Shown in pieces: positions 39,647 to 53,329 of a stretch of DNA of 64,000 nucleotides. The translations under genes were made by a program, and so were the position numbers. This DNA comes from Eledone cirrhosa (taxonomy: Eukaryota): assembly GCA_964016885.1 (NCBI GenBank), contig OZ024742.1, positions 62,248,001 to 62,312,000 of the forward strand, written 5' to 3'. Numbering within the stretch: the stretch's first letter is position 1; the number at the start of each line of letters is the position of its first letter. The notes under the pieces were generated by a model. It ran no database searches. It was not told the origin of the DNA and was given only the letters and a program-made list of their open reading frames with translations.

Positions 39647-40185
39647 TGAGGTCTGTAAAAATAGTCAGAAGTCTACAATCAGCCCCCCCCCCCGCCCTCA
39701 AACACACGTATATATATTTTTTTTTTCAAGGTTCAATTATGCTAAGCAGACTAAAGAATTTTTTGTAAGTGGCTGCATTAACATGCTGTGTTAAAGTTTA
39801 CAAAATGGTCAGTTCTTTACACTCACACACAACCACACACGCGCGCACGCTCACGCACATACACACACACACATGTATTTACATATGTGTGTGTATATAT
39901 ATGTATATACATATGTATATATGTGGGTATTTATAGATATATATGTATGTATATGTACACATGTGTGTGTGTGTATGTGCGTGAGCGTGCGCGCCTGTGT
40001 GGTTGTGTGTGAGTGTAAAGAACTGACCATTTTGTAAACTTTAACACAGCATGTTAATGCAGCCACTTACAAAATATTCTTTAGTCTGCTTAGCATAATT
40101 GAACCTTGAAAAAAAAATATATATACGTGTGTTTGAGGGGGGGGGGTGGCTGATTGTAGACATCTGACCATTTTTGCAGACCTCA
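39647..40185. repeat. Fold-back with ~235-bp arms and a microsatellite-like spacer
   Basis: tgaggtctgtaaaaat...cacatgta versus its reverse complement ending ...tttttgcagacctca. Confidence 0.85.
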
Positions 40186-40251
40186 ACAAATATATACACA
40201 CACACATATATATATATACACACACACACATATATACATCCATACATGCAT

Positions 40252-40290
<39 letters not shown>

Positions 40291-40474
40291 TACATATACA
40301 TACATATACATATATATACATATATACATATATATATACATGTATATATATATATATATACATATATATACATATATGTACATACACATACATACTCATA
40401 TACATGCATATATACATACGTACATACACATATACACATATATATATACACATTCTCCTATAGAATATGCATTT

Positions 40475-40540
<66 letters not shown>

Positions 40541-40541
<1 letters not shown>

Positions 40542-41174
40542 CAAAGAATGAAGCGAAATTACATTTCTCACTCTTAATACGGCACTTACTTAAATGTAAG
40601 TATGTATGTATACGTACATATATATATGTATACAGACGTACAGTAGTATGTATATATATACATACATGCACACATATATATATGTACGTATGGATTTACC
40701 GAACATTTATTATAATGCTCGGTTTGTTTGTTTGCAAACAAACAAAGAGCCCGAATTACGCCGTACCTTGTTCAGGCAACCATCGTCACCTTTTTTTCAA
40801 CACTGACACAGGAACGATGTACTAGTTTCAAGCTTATTAGCTATCGTCAGCATCGTATACCTTTCTGTCAGATGGTTGAACGTCTGAAAGTATATACTTT
40901 CCTTATGCATATTAACGGCTGAGCAGCCTAATTTGCATATCGAGTGAGTTAGTCGACCGGGCACACCGAAAACGATAAATGGAAAAGATTGAAACGAAAT
41001 TTCATTTCTCACTCTTAGTACGGCTGATACTTAAATATAAGTATGTATACGTACATACATATATGAATACAGATGTACAGTAGTATGTATATATATACAT
41101 ACATGTACACACATATATATATATATATGTACGTATGGGTTTACCGAACATTTATTATAATGCTCGGTTTGTTT
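40541..41174 (-). mobile_element. Non-coding HHR element with ~180-bp terminal direct repeats (retrozyme-like)
   Basis: Direct repeats 40554-40729 / 40995-41174 (period ~441), central HHR, (TA)n on both sides. Confidence 0.7.
40814..40856 (-). ncRNA. Minimal hammerhead ribozyme
   Basis: acgatg-CTGACGA-tagct aata agctt-GAAA-ctag-TA-catcgt. Confidence 0.8.
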
Positions 41175-42223
41175 ATATATATATATATACACAATAAACT
41201 AATATATGGCTCCTTCCCTCTCAATGTAAACACAAGTATACATTACGTACATATACAAACTATCTGCTACAGACATCCGTACATAAACCCGTACATAAAC
41301 CCATAAACAATGAGTCAGCACCCATCTAGCTGTCGAAACGGCCGGAGCTCAGCCGTTAGGGTCCTAACTCTTTTCCTATTACCTACTCTACTACCCTAAA
41401 TATCGAATACGTTGGTATCTTACCCGACCTTCTTTCTATATACATATAATTTCTGCACCCATCTCTAGCAGAATAAACTTTCACTTTTGTTGATATCTCT
41501 AACCTTGAGATGAATGACTATTCTGAGTCTCCTCTAGTTTAATTATAATAGATAGTTTGTGATCGATAACTGGTGACATAGATTGATTTTAAATCAAAGT
41601 CTACGGAATACGAAATAGCGCTATAGGGTCTCTAATGATTTCATCTAGAGTACATATTCCTCTCTGTAATATGTAGTATATATACAATACACTGTCTTTG
41701 GATATATGTGTCCTACCCTCTCTATATATGTATATATACATTTTACATTTGACTTATTGCTGTGAATAATGTCTGTAGCAAGGCGGTCAGCAGTGAAATA
41801 AAAAGGTCTATAAGAAATCAGAAGGCATTTTGATTGAAAACAAACATAGGAATTTATTAAGTCATGTGACAAGCATGACTAATGCAGAATAGGTGACAAA
41901 GATGTAGAAATCTAGCAGCAACTGAACTATTCAGTTTAAATTTTCGAGCCTGTCGGAAGTGACGCCACCGAGCCTTTGCGCATGTACTCACAATATGTCT
42001 ATTGAGCTTGTTTATTGAGAATCACAAAATTCTGACATACTTAATATATGACTGTCTTTTCGCTCGCCCATACGCTCTTGAACTTAAGGTCCGTTATCGC
42101 TATGGTCTTGGATTTTCTTACCTTCAGTTGCTCGCACATTGCTCGGTTTGTTTGTTTTTTTCGCTGTTTTTCTCTTTTCTTCCTTTTCCCTTCTATTTTC
42201 CTTCCCTCCCTTCTCCGTTTTCC

Positions 42224-42320
42224 CAATAACTTGCCCAGCTATTGAACGCTCTGGGCGGTAGATATCTTGTCTTTCAAGCGTGGAAATATCCGAGACTCCC
42301 AGTAGACAACTGATGAGTAA
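42224..42320 (+). ncRNA. Candidate rearranged hammerhead ribozyme, copy 2
   Basis: gata-TC-ttgtct...gtg-GAAA-tatc...agacaa-CTGATGA-g; about 45 nt before (TA)n. Confidence 0.6.
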
Positions 42321-42699
42321 CCTCCGTTCTTGCTTTCTTCTTATTCTCACTCCATTTTAAGCTATATATATATATATATATCAGAATGGGTGTGGTAAAA
42401 TATCTGGTGGACCATAACCCACCAGAGTACTGGATACTTGGAGTAGTAGAGTGGGTAATGTGAAAAGAATCAGGACCCCAACAGCTGAGAACGGGTCGCT
42501 GGGGGTAGATAGCGATACATCCTCCAGATATGATGGTTAGTTGAGGAATATGTGGGTAGTGCAAGACGAATAAGCAATGCCCAGACTAACAGAAGTAAGC
42601 TACTAACAGTAATGGAGCAAAGCTAGACATCAGATTGGTTACTCTGGTAAATAAGACCACCAAAACTGCAGTATAGTGAGAGGTAAGAAAAAGAATCAT

Positions 42700-43180
42700 A
42701 CTGCATCGTTCTTCATGAGGGAGGATTTCCCTCTTGAAGGCTGAAAGATAGGTGTCTTTGGGTTGTGAAATGTTATGTACCAAACAACGACTCTGAATAC
42801 TGGTCCTTCATTGATGAATTCACTGCAGCACTAGATGTAGTTAAGCCTGAGTCATATATCTTAATGGGACACTTCAATGCATATTTTGGCACTGACTACC
42901 TGACATGGAAAAGAGTAATTGGAAGGAACAGTGATCCTGATATAAATATGAAGGGAGAGGCCCTAATAGACTTCTGTTCTAGCAATAGACTCTTTATTAT
43001 GAATATCTTCTTCCAGTACATTGACATGCATAAATATACATGGTATAAAGGAGATCAGGGACAGAGATCAATAATTTATATTTTTATTGTCTCTGATCTC
43101 TTTGATTCTATGGTGGATGTTTGTGTTAAGAGAGGGGCTGAGCTGTCAACTCATCACCATCTAATGATCTGTAGTTAGTG
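42700..43180 (+). mobile_element. LINE APE endonuclease fragment
   Basis: YVPN..LMGHFNA..VIGRN..MNIFF..HKYTWY..STHHHL. Confidence 0.75.
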
Positions 43181-43320
43181 ACAACCTAAGCCAAAGAAGC
43201 ACACACAATTTGCTTTTCATCATTTTGGTGGTGGATACAATTTGGTTGACAATATCACACATCCATAAAATATTGTGGCTTTATGTCTAAACAAAGTGAA
43301 AAATCTTCTTTTCAGATACA

Positions 43321-43648
43321 ATGATGTCAAAGAAATGTTGGCAACCTTTAATAATAATTTTATTGATGTTCTACTGTATATCACATTCTTCTAATTCTAA
43401 TACCAACATTGGTTCTTATTTTCATCAAATGAAAGGAAAAGCTATTATACATACTGATGAACTGACAAAAACATACCCTGTCATATTTGTTAATGCCGTA
43501 TTTGAATGTATTCAGCATTGCATTAGTATGCCCTATTGCAGTTATTTTACTTACTATAATAAAATCTGTGAGATATTTCATGCCTGGCAAGATAGTATTG
43601 CTGTGATACCATCAACAATACACCAGAGTTATTATTCAGTACATGAAG
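43321..43648 (+). CDS. First coding exon, gene copy 2: signal peptide + PAN/apple-like domain
   Basis: ttttcag acceptor at 43315, ATG at 43321, hydrophobic LIIILLMFYCI, C-x3-C-x5-C-xxF-x-Y-x4-C motif, gtaagt donor in phase 1. Confidence 0.85.
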
Positions 43649-44109
43649 GTAAGTAAAATTATTTCACAAACTAATTTATTTCAAGATAAATTAATAGAAA
43701 TGTGTGATTATTGATTAGTCACCAAAGGTCATATACAGTAATTACTATCAATTCAGTATTTCTAGTTCAATTACCTGAGTACATATCTTCCTAATCAATA
43801 ACCTTTGAACAACACTTGAGTTCAATATTTTTATAGAAATTCATTAGTTGATTTTAAATTTAATTTCTTGTAGAATGTAGTTGTTCATGAATAATATCAA
43901 ATGTCAGTTTTGTCAGATTTTGAAAGCCTGCTAAGGTGATGGATATTTCTGCCTTCTCTAAACAAACTTTTCTTCATGATATAGTATTGGATTTATTTTA
44001 ATGTTATTTAAATTAAAAACAGATATTAGAATATGAGTTTATAATTTTAGTTCTGATTTTAATATTGACAACTATATTTTCACAATATATGTAATTAGAT
44101 TAAAATTCA

Positions 44110-45800
44110 TACACAGCTGTCATCTTTCATATGCATCACATGGCCATACTAACTCAATCTCCTCTCCTGCACACTGCATCTGATTCCTCTTATGCTTAGC
44201 TTCTTTCTCGGATCGTTTCTGCTTTGCAGGTTCATGTATTACACACCCATTGGTGCATGCAAGCTTCATTTCTTTCCAATCTTTGCAAATTTTCTGCACA
44301 CAGTCCGGGTCTCACTACCATGCAATATTGTTGTTTGTATGCACACATCATAGAGTCTGTCTTTCATTTTGAGAGAAAAGACTTTTATAGCTAGCAGTGG
44401 TAGTAGCTTTCTGAACTTCTTCCATCCCATTCTCACTCTGACTACTGTATTTTTGGAAAACTCACCTCCACTGCTAATTTGCTCTTCCAGATAGCAGAGG
44501 CTGTCTACTGCTTCTACCAAACATTCCCAGAATTTTATAGTACTTGTTTCCTGTGATCGTTTGCTGTTTACTGCTCCAGTGCAATGGCTACATGTAAAAC
44601 CTATATTCCAAGTTAAACTACCCGAGATCCCAATACATCTCCTGTGTACCCACCATAGTTTGCATTTGGGACTGAGGGTGGAATTTCTACCGCTACTTTT
44701 CCTACACACTGAGAAAGGCCATTTCCCCAAGCGGATCAGTACTCTGTTTTCCCTTTTATTTACTAGGACATTAGTTTTTGTCAGGTTGACTTTAAGACCC
44801 TTTATTTTTAGGCCCTGCTTCCAGGTTTGGAATTTCTTCTCCAATTCTGCCAGAGACTCAGCTATGAGTGTTTGATCATCTGTGTACAGGTGTTCAATGC
44901 TTAGCAGGTCTTAAACTCCTCTGTTATAGCCTGCAGTACTATAATAAACAGGAGATGGCTAAGAACATAGCCCTGGTGGACACCAAATTGCACGCTAAAT
45001 TCCTCGCTATAGTTGTTGTTAATTCTAACTTTGCAGACTGCACCTCTATACATGGCTAGTACAGACTTCATAAACTACTCATTTTCTCCTAGTTTTCTAA
45101 GAGCTCACAACATTATGGCACAGAGGGCTCTATCTAAGCAACAAATGCCAGGTAGAATGGCTTACTTTTAACTAGGTTCTTCTCCTGCAGCTGCTTCACC
45201 AGGAAGTGAGCATGTGTGGTGCTTTTAACTGGCACAAATCTGAACTGCATCTCTTCTAGATTAATTGGCTGGATTCTCATTCTTTGGTCCATCAACATGA
45301 TGCCTCTATAGTTTCCTCTATCAAGTGCATTTCCTTTAACCTTGCAGCAGTTGCTGCTGCACCAATCATTTGGTATGACACCACTTAGTGTTACTTGGTT
45401 TACAATACGTATGATTAAGGTGTGACCCACCGACCCAGATGCTTTCAGCATTTCAGCAACTATCCCTTATAGACCAGCTGTTTTCTTCATCTTCATATCC
45501 TTAATTGCCTTACTAACTACACTGCTGCTGACTTTTTTGTGGGGCCCTCATTTGGATCCTCTTGGAGTAAGCTTTCTTCTCCCATGCGTTCTCCTCATTC
45601 AGCAATCTTAGATCATGGCTGTTCAATGCTACTATTTTTTCTGCATCTGTCATGGATACACTTCTCTCCAATGACATCATAATTATCCCTAATACACTGC
45701 CTCGCAATCCTGAACACCTCATGTTTCTGGTCTTCATGCTGCAAATCATGCTTGAATTTTCTCCTCCCCCAATAAACATGGCCTTTACCATAACACATAT
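44110..45800 (-). mobile_element. Decayed RTE LINE (RT and C-terminus)
   Basis: NYRGI, EMQF, KGLKVNLTKT, GWKKFRKLLPLL, LHGSET. Confidence 0.85.
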
Positions 45801-46699
45801 CATAGTATCACTGAAATGGATATACGATTTGCCTGTTGTTAGCATTCAGGATAATAGTCAAAGTTGATATGCATTAAGTTATGCACTAAGGAGCAAAAAT
45901 ATAGAAAATTATTATATCTCAATATATATATAATGCTGTGCTGGTTAACTGAAACTGCATAAATGCATTTATAAATTCACACATTTTTAGACATGTAATT
46001 ATTCCAAAATTACACATTTCCCTGTAAGTTGTGAACTATGATAAATATATTTAATTGATTATCTTACAATTTTGTATATCAGTTAAAAAATAGCAATAAA
46101 ATATGAAACCGAGGGCCTTCTGTAGTCTATCCTATTTTGTAATATCACTGAAATACTAACTGGCTTATTATTAATATTCATGTTGGTAGTTAATTTCAAT
46201 ATCATGCCTTACTGTTTTTATATGTATGTATACTGTTTTTATATATATGTATGAACTAACTCATGACAACTTTACATTGTAGTAAGATGTTAGAAATGAC
46301 TACCTTTCTGTGTTATGTTACTTTTCTGTGTTATGTTACCTTTCTGTGTTATGTTACCTTTGCGTGTTATGTTACTTTGATAAAATACTAGGGTATTGCT
46401 AGGTTTCTCTGCTAACACTTGAAAATTGTTGTTGAAACATAACAAGTATTAAAATTTCTTCCATCAGAAACCATTAATTTTAACAGAAGAGGGTGCGAGT
46501 AAAGTGATGTAAAGAAATATTTGTTAAATACAGAGCACACCTTTATCCAGGAGTTAAAGAAACCTTATTTCAACATTAGATGTGCTACCTGTGTGAAAGT
46601 AGAATCAAATTATTTAACATAACATGGTTTCAATACTGGACATAGTGTTAACTAATACTTATTTATAAATACAATAAAGTGATTTTAAGAAACGTTCAG

Positions 46700-47800
46700 G
46701 CCGTAACAGAGAAGTTTAACACTGACTGTCCGTGGAAACTTCATTATGAGGATGATCTGCTTCTTATACCTGAATCTATAAAAGAACTAGAGAATTCGTT
46801 TCAAATGTGGCAACAGAATTTACAAGCAAAAGGGCTGAGAATAATCTAAAGTGTTAGTAAGTGGAAGGAAGACAGGACCCTGATCCCATCAGAGAAGTGT
46901 CCCTGCTCGATATACAGAAATAGTGTAAGTAGAAAATTAATATGATGTACACAATGCAAATCTTGAGAACACAAGTGATGTAGTAGGATAACAAGCAGAC
47001 TAAGAATAAAGGAAGATTTTGAATGCAAGTAATCGATAGTAAGAGCGTCAGTGTTATAAATCTTTTCCAATCAAATAAAGGGTCCATAATAGTGGTTGAT
47101 ATATTCTGCTACCTAGGTGATCTAATCAGCAGTGAAGGAGAGTGCTCTGAGAGTATAGTAGCTAGCATAAAGATAGGATGGAAGAAGTTTAGAGAGATAC
47201 TCCCACTGTTGTCAACAAAAATGTTCTCACTCCATACAAAAAGACAGCTGTATGTTTGTGTGTGATGTGCAATGCTACATGGTAGCATACTTCAATTTAT
47301 GTGGAAAGGTAATGTGAAATAATTGTTTATACTTTTGGCACAAGGCCAGCAATTACCCAGTACATTACTGGTACTTTATTTTATCGACGCCGTAAGGATG
47401 AAAGGCGAAGTTAACCTCAACGGGATTTGAACTCAGACCACAAAGGGATGTAACTATGCTAGAAAGCATGGCGTCCAAGTGAGATAATGGCAGTTTGGTT
47501 GAACTGAGAGAAAAACTAGATTTAAGATGAACCATAAGTGGTGTGAAAGATTGAAAACTGCATTGGTATAGACATGTGATGTGCTTGTATGATGATCTCT
47601 GGGTGATGAATTCCCAGGAACTCCCGTTAGAAGGAAGCCACAGTATAAAAAGACCAAGGAAGACAAGCAGAGGTGGTGAGAGCTGAATCTAAATCACTGA
47701 AACTCACAGAGGAGATGATCAAGGAAGTTGACAAGTGGAGAGATGCTGTGCTGAAAACGACATGTCCAAGCCCTGCTAGTATGGGAAATGATGATGATGA
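46700..47800 (+). mobile_element. RTE 3' fragment interrupted by a SINE (47321-47478, -)
   Basis: YEDDLLLI, FCYLGDLI, GWKKFREILPLL; (GAT)n tail. Confidence 0.8.
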
Positions 47801-49140
47801 TGTATCATTATGTAACTATAATTCAGAAGAAATGCAATCCATCTAATGGGACCCCATAAAGTTTCCATCTACCTAATTTCACTCACTATTCTTGAGTCAA
47901 TTTGAGAATATGATAAATATATTTGCAAATGTGTCACAGGATAGGATTGAGCCAGGGAACTCAGGATTGCAAAGCAAGTGTTATAATCACTTAGCCACAC
48001 CTGTGGTCTATGTTATCCTATATGACACACACATAAACTTGATCTAGGATTCTATGAATAACAAATATTAAAGAACCATTATTTTAATAGGAGGCATAGC
48101 ATTATCTAAGGTTCCCTTGAAAATAGCATAAAATGTTTCGAAGATTCTTTATTTTCAATAACGGATTTTATCCAAGATTTAAAGAACCATTATTTCAAAA
48201 CTTCACATAAGCTAATGTTATATCAATACTGGTCATAGTGATATCTAATGTTCTTTTGCAATAAAGTGAAGTAATTTGAAGAAATGTTATTGCAACAATA
48301 CCAGACATAATGTTATCCAGGTTTTGAAAGAACATTTTCTCAAAACTGAGGAGTTTAGGCCAGATGAATACATTGATGTCTGACAGTAACATTCTTAGGG
48401 ATTAATGAGTACACTGGTTCTCATATGACTCTCACTTTTGGTTAGGTAGAACTTTTGGTCACTTTCAGATAAATGCTTCTGCTGGCAGACTAAACTTAAT
48501 GAGGGACTCGATGCCTGGTGTGGGTTGGGCACTGCCAAGCATTTCTAAGACCTATTGAAATGACATGATGAACACAGAGTCAAATATCTAGAGTGGAACC
48601 CCAATGACTGGCTGCACCAGATATGGGATTTTATTGATTGAACCACAGAGCTGGTGATATATCAAGTATAAGTTATGGTTAAATACAACCACAGAGGCTC
48701 TTTGTGTTGTCTTTAAAGACACCTAGAAAAGTGATGGTATTGCTAATATCAACCACTCAGTAGAAACCACATATATTACATTGTCATAGGTTCTAATTTA
48801 ACTTCCGTATAGTGTCAAGGCTAACATTTCATACAACACAAAAGACAATGTGGTAGCTCCTCTTTTGTGAGTCACCATACTAGAAGTAATAGTCAAATAT
48901 ACATGAAATGATACCCTACTATCATAAATCTATTTGATAAGTGATGACCTAAACAACAATATTTGTCAATTGTGAAGTGAAATGACTTATAACTGAAAAT
49001 TGAAACATTGGTTGATAGGAACATTACCTATAATTACTTTGTCTCTAACATTCCTTCCACAATTATCTGTTTCCTATACTTATACATATATATTCTAAGA
49101 ATTATTCAATTTTAAACAACCCAGTTTTATTCTTCTCCAG

Positions 49141-49310
49141 GTACATGGCATAAGATCTATGTGTTACCGAAGGACAGCCGTCTACCAATAGTATATTTTT
49201 ATAATGGGCGTGACAGTATTTCTGATATAAATGAGTGTAAGAAGTCAATTTGTTCTGAGGCCTACCGAGATCATTTTATAAATACTTGGAAAGATATATC
49301 AGTTGAGAAT
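49141..49310 (+). CDS. Second coding exon, gene copy 2: (G)TWHKIYVLPKDSRLPIVYFYNGRDSISDINECKKSICSEAYRDHFINTWKDISVEN
   Basis: ttcttctccag acceptor, gtaaga donor, phase 1 to 0, in frame with both neighbours. Confidence 0.85.
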
Positions 49311-51100
49311 GTAAGAGATTTTATTTATTTATTTATTTTCCATATTGTATATGTATATATGTTCTTGTGGTTAGAAGATTCTGAGTTTCATTTCACATGA
49401 GAGAGAGCATGAGAAAGAAAGAGAGAGATTTGGCTTGTAACCCATCATATAGAAAATCTCTGCAGATAAAGATATCATTGCATGTGTTGATCTGTATATT
49501 TTAAATTAAACATGGAAAGAAGAACCTTTCCTAGTTTCAATATCTACACATGTATATACACAGTTATTACATGCTTACCTTCTGGAATATTTAAAATATT
49601 TTTGCAGTACCGTTAATGGATTTTACTTGTAATTTTTCAATTAGCCATGCTTTTGTTTATATTCCTGTGAAGTCCAACTTTCATATTATGTGTGAGTATA
49701 ATCTCCACATCACTATAATCTTTGATATTGGTATCTTCATGGTTATCTTTTCTACAGAGAGGATTATATATTGTTTTGATCACTACATCATGCTGCATAG
49801 ATAGATAGTACCATGATGATACTTTAAAACAACTGCTTATTTTGTTTGTAACATCCAAGAGATTTATTCCACAGACTCTGCATCTGTTGTCATAGCTAAG
49901 TGTTTATCTCAAGCTCTATTCATTTTGTGTAATAGGTATTTCATTGGTATTTCCTGTTCCTCGATTGCCAAAGTATATCCTTCATGATGTGAGCTAATAT
50001 ACCAGCTGATGGTCCTGATGACAACCTTAGTTATCTATATATTTCTCACTTAGAAATATTTTGACAATACTGCCAAAATGTTTTTTCTGCTGATGAGCAT
50101 ACACTATTTTATCCACTGATTCGTTGTGGTAGTGCTGTGAAATTTCCCTAAAGCTCCTTTCCAACTCTCATGATGTTATCTACCTCATGTTGACAGATTT
50201 GTTACATGGATGTTTGGTAGATAGTAAATATTATGGAAAGGATATGATGCGACATTCAGAAGCTGTTTCTATTGATGTTAAACTTCTGCCTTTATGTTTA
50301 CATTTTAGGTAGAGGAAATTTTGTGGAATCTTCCAGGGCCAGTTAGAATTTTCCAGGTTCTAATTTCAATTTAAGGTGTTCCTAGCCTCATGTGAGCCAA
50401 TTATGCACTCTTCATATTTCCTCAGCATAATCTCATCCAACCTTTTGCATCCTTATGTAGAATGTTTTCATTATTCAGAGGTTCAACAGCTTCATTTCAA
50501 GTAAAATTTAGAGTCACCACTACCAGCAAAAAAATCACAACAATCACCCTGCATTTCAGTTGAATTATTTATTTATACAGCACACCTCTAGTGTGTACTA
50601 ATCAGTTTTGACTATCCATTAAATTTCTTTATGTTACTCACAAAACCACAAATCCTAAATATTTCTCTCAGCTTTATATATCATTACATCTTTTTATTGA
50701 AACAAACAGTATTCTGTAAAATAGTTTTAACAGTAGAGCAATTTTAAATATACTGTCATTTTCATATAGAATTCATATAGAATTTTTTTAAAAATAGTAA
50801 GTGACCATTAAATATTTCTGAAGCAGATCCGTGAGTTGGAGTGGCTGTTTCACTGCATCATCCTCGCCATCCTCATGGGCAATGCATTCTCTATCCTGTT
50901 GGTCGGGACCCAGTGGTAGATGACAAGACATTAACAATAACAACTACAACAACATCAACACTGCCAACAAAATTATTGCCTTAATTTGAATGTAAATATA
51001 TTCAGAAAACACCAAAGCAATCCATGAATTCGAGCCATTGATTCCTACTCCCACATTTGACCTCATACAGTGCTAAGTAAGGGTTAAACCACATGCCTCC

Positions 51101-51132
<32 letters not shown>

Positions 51133-51133
<1 letters not shown>

Positions 51134-52307
51134 ACAATGTGTGGACGATATTTGTTCGCAATTTTCAACTGCTAATTTTATGCAAATATTTTTTACTTCC
51201 GTTGTCACTCCTTTCTTCATAAAAACAGTGACTATATTTCCATTATTTATTTTCAGAATAATTGATTATGAATAATTTTGAACCTCCAAATTTGTGGAAG
51301 AGACACAGAATTCTTCTTGAATCCGTGCCCGGAGGACAAATAAGGAAATTTCAAACTTTCTCAGCGTCAGCAGGAGAATGGTGAGAAAGGAATTGGAAGA
51401 TTCAGGATCCGTCTACGAAGCAACATCAGAGAGGAAAACACATGATCGACGATCTGACGCCTTCAGAACGCCCGAGTTCGTCGCTGAAGTTCAGGATATC
51501 ATCAACAATGAACCTAGCAAGTCGATGCGTGCCATTGCAAGGGAGAAAGGCGTGGATGAAACGCTCATTAGGCTGGTGGTACATAAAGACATTCGCTACG
51601 TTTCATACAAGATGAGGAAAGGACAATTTCTGTCAAAGGCGATGCAAGAAAAGCGACTGAATCATGCAAAGAAGCTGATCAACAAGTTGAAACACCCACT
51701 GGAGCCAGACATGCTATGGCTTTTCTCCGACGAGAAAAACTTCTGTCAAGACCAGAAGATCAACTCCCAGAACAACAGGTGGCTCGCTGTCTCATCCAAA
51801 GACGTGCCCAGAGTCATGTAGACAAAGTTTCCAGCGACAACATTGGTTTTAGGTGTCGTCAGCAGTCAAGGTGACGTCATGCCACCTCACTTCTTCCCTG
51901 AGGGCCTCAAGCTGAACACCGATGGCTACATCCGCGTTCTGAGCGAGGTAGTAAAGCCCTGGATCGACCAGGTAGCTGCAGGTAGGCCGTACGTGTGGCA
52001 GCAAGACTCAGTGCCCTGCCATATCAGCCGAAAGACCCTAGCCTGGCTCTCAGAGAACTTTGTCGACCACACTTCACCTGACATCTGGCCTCCCAGCTCG
52101 CCTGACTGCAACCCCCTCCACTTCTTTGTGTGGGACGCAGTGGAACGAGACACCAACATATCTAGCTGCAATATGAAAGACGATCTGGAGGCCAGGATCA
52201 CAAGTGCCTTTAGGGGCCTAAGTCAGGGGACAGTGACGAAGGCCTATAGCCGGTTCCGAGGCCGCCTTGAGGCCGTCATCAAAGCCAATGGCGGGTTTAT
52301 CGGGTGA
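51133..52307 (+). mobile_element. Tc1/mariner transposon of DD37D (maT) type, pseudogenised, 3' TIR lost
   Basis: FSDEKNF, WQQD, WPPSSPDCNPL(H); 37 residues between the 2nd and 3rd catalytic positions; in-frame TAG at 51819; D-to-H change. Confidence 0.9.
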
Positions 52308-52335
52308 GATAAACCCGCCATTGGGTTTGATGACG

Positions 52336-52785
52336 CAAAGAAGATCCATCTCTTCGTTGCTGTAGTGGAGTCTGTGCTGCTGTACGGGTCAGAGACTTGG
52401 ACACTGACCAAGAAACTCACTCAGATGGTGGATGGGTGCTACACGAGAATGATGAGGATGGCTCTGAACATTAATCAGTATACACCGAGGATGAAGAACT
52501 CAGAGCTGTACGGGAGCCTACCAAAAGTCAGCTCAAAAGTGACACAGAGGAGACTGAGGTTAGCTGGACATGCTCACCGACAGCCAGAGTTGACACTGCA
52601 CTCAGTGCTCTTGTGGGAGCCCCTGCATGGACACACTAGAAGAGGAAGACCAAGGATAACATGTGTTGATGCTCTAAGGACAGACACTAGTCTCTTGGAG
52701 ACGTAGGACATGGCAGCGATATTGAGGGACAGAGATCGCTAGAGAGAACTCGTCCATGGATCTCGGGAATTTTACCCGCCCTAGA
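52336..52785 (+). mobile_element. LINE 3' fragment (RTE-like)
   Basis: VESVLLYGSETWTL, RRLRLAGH, RGRPRIT. Confidence 0.8.
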
Positions 52786-52842
52786 GAGATATATATTTGA
52801 AAAGGGAGTAAGGTTCTATACAAAACTGAGGTTATAGAGAAC

Positions 52843-52980
52843 CACTTGTTAGTTGCTCATTAACTACTTTATTTAAATCGTGAAGACATTTAATTATGCT
52901 GCAACTTTGATTTCATTCCGGTTTACTTATATAAATGTCTTCATGTTTTAAATGAATTAGTTAATGAATAACTAATAAGT
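52843..52980. repeat. Imperfect ~49-bp inverted repeat
   Basis: acttgttagttgctcattaacta...gaagacattta / taaatgtcttc...tagttaatgaataactaataagt. Confidence 0.6.
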
Positions 52981-53329
52981 GGTATTGATACCTATACACC
53001 CTAAATGAGACACTATGATGCTGTAAAGATGTAACTAAACCAAATTGTATTTATCATAACTTTAATGATTAAATAATTATTAACCTGCTATCTGTAGTAC
53101 TTTACTTATGAAATTAATACAGGTAAACATATTTTAAAGTTTTTTTTTTTTTAATATTTTTATGATAAACATTTAAAAAAGTTATATTTTATTCTAAAAT
53201 TGTTCTATAATCACAATTATTTCTTAAAATTATATTTTTATAAATTATTCTACTTATAAAAAAATGTTCTGAAGAAAAGACGATCAATGAACAGTTGTGG
53301 CAATATATCATGTTATATTATTTAATATC

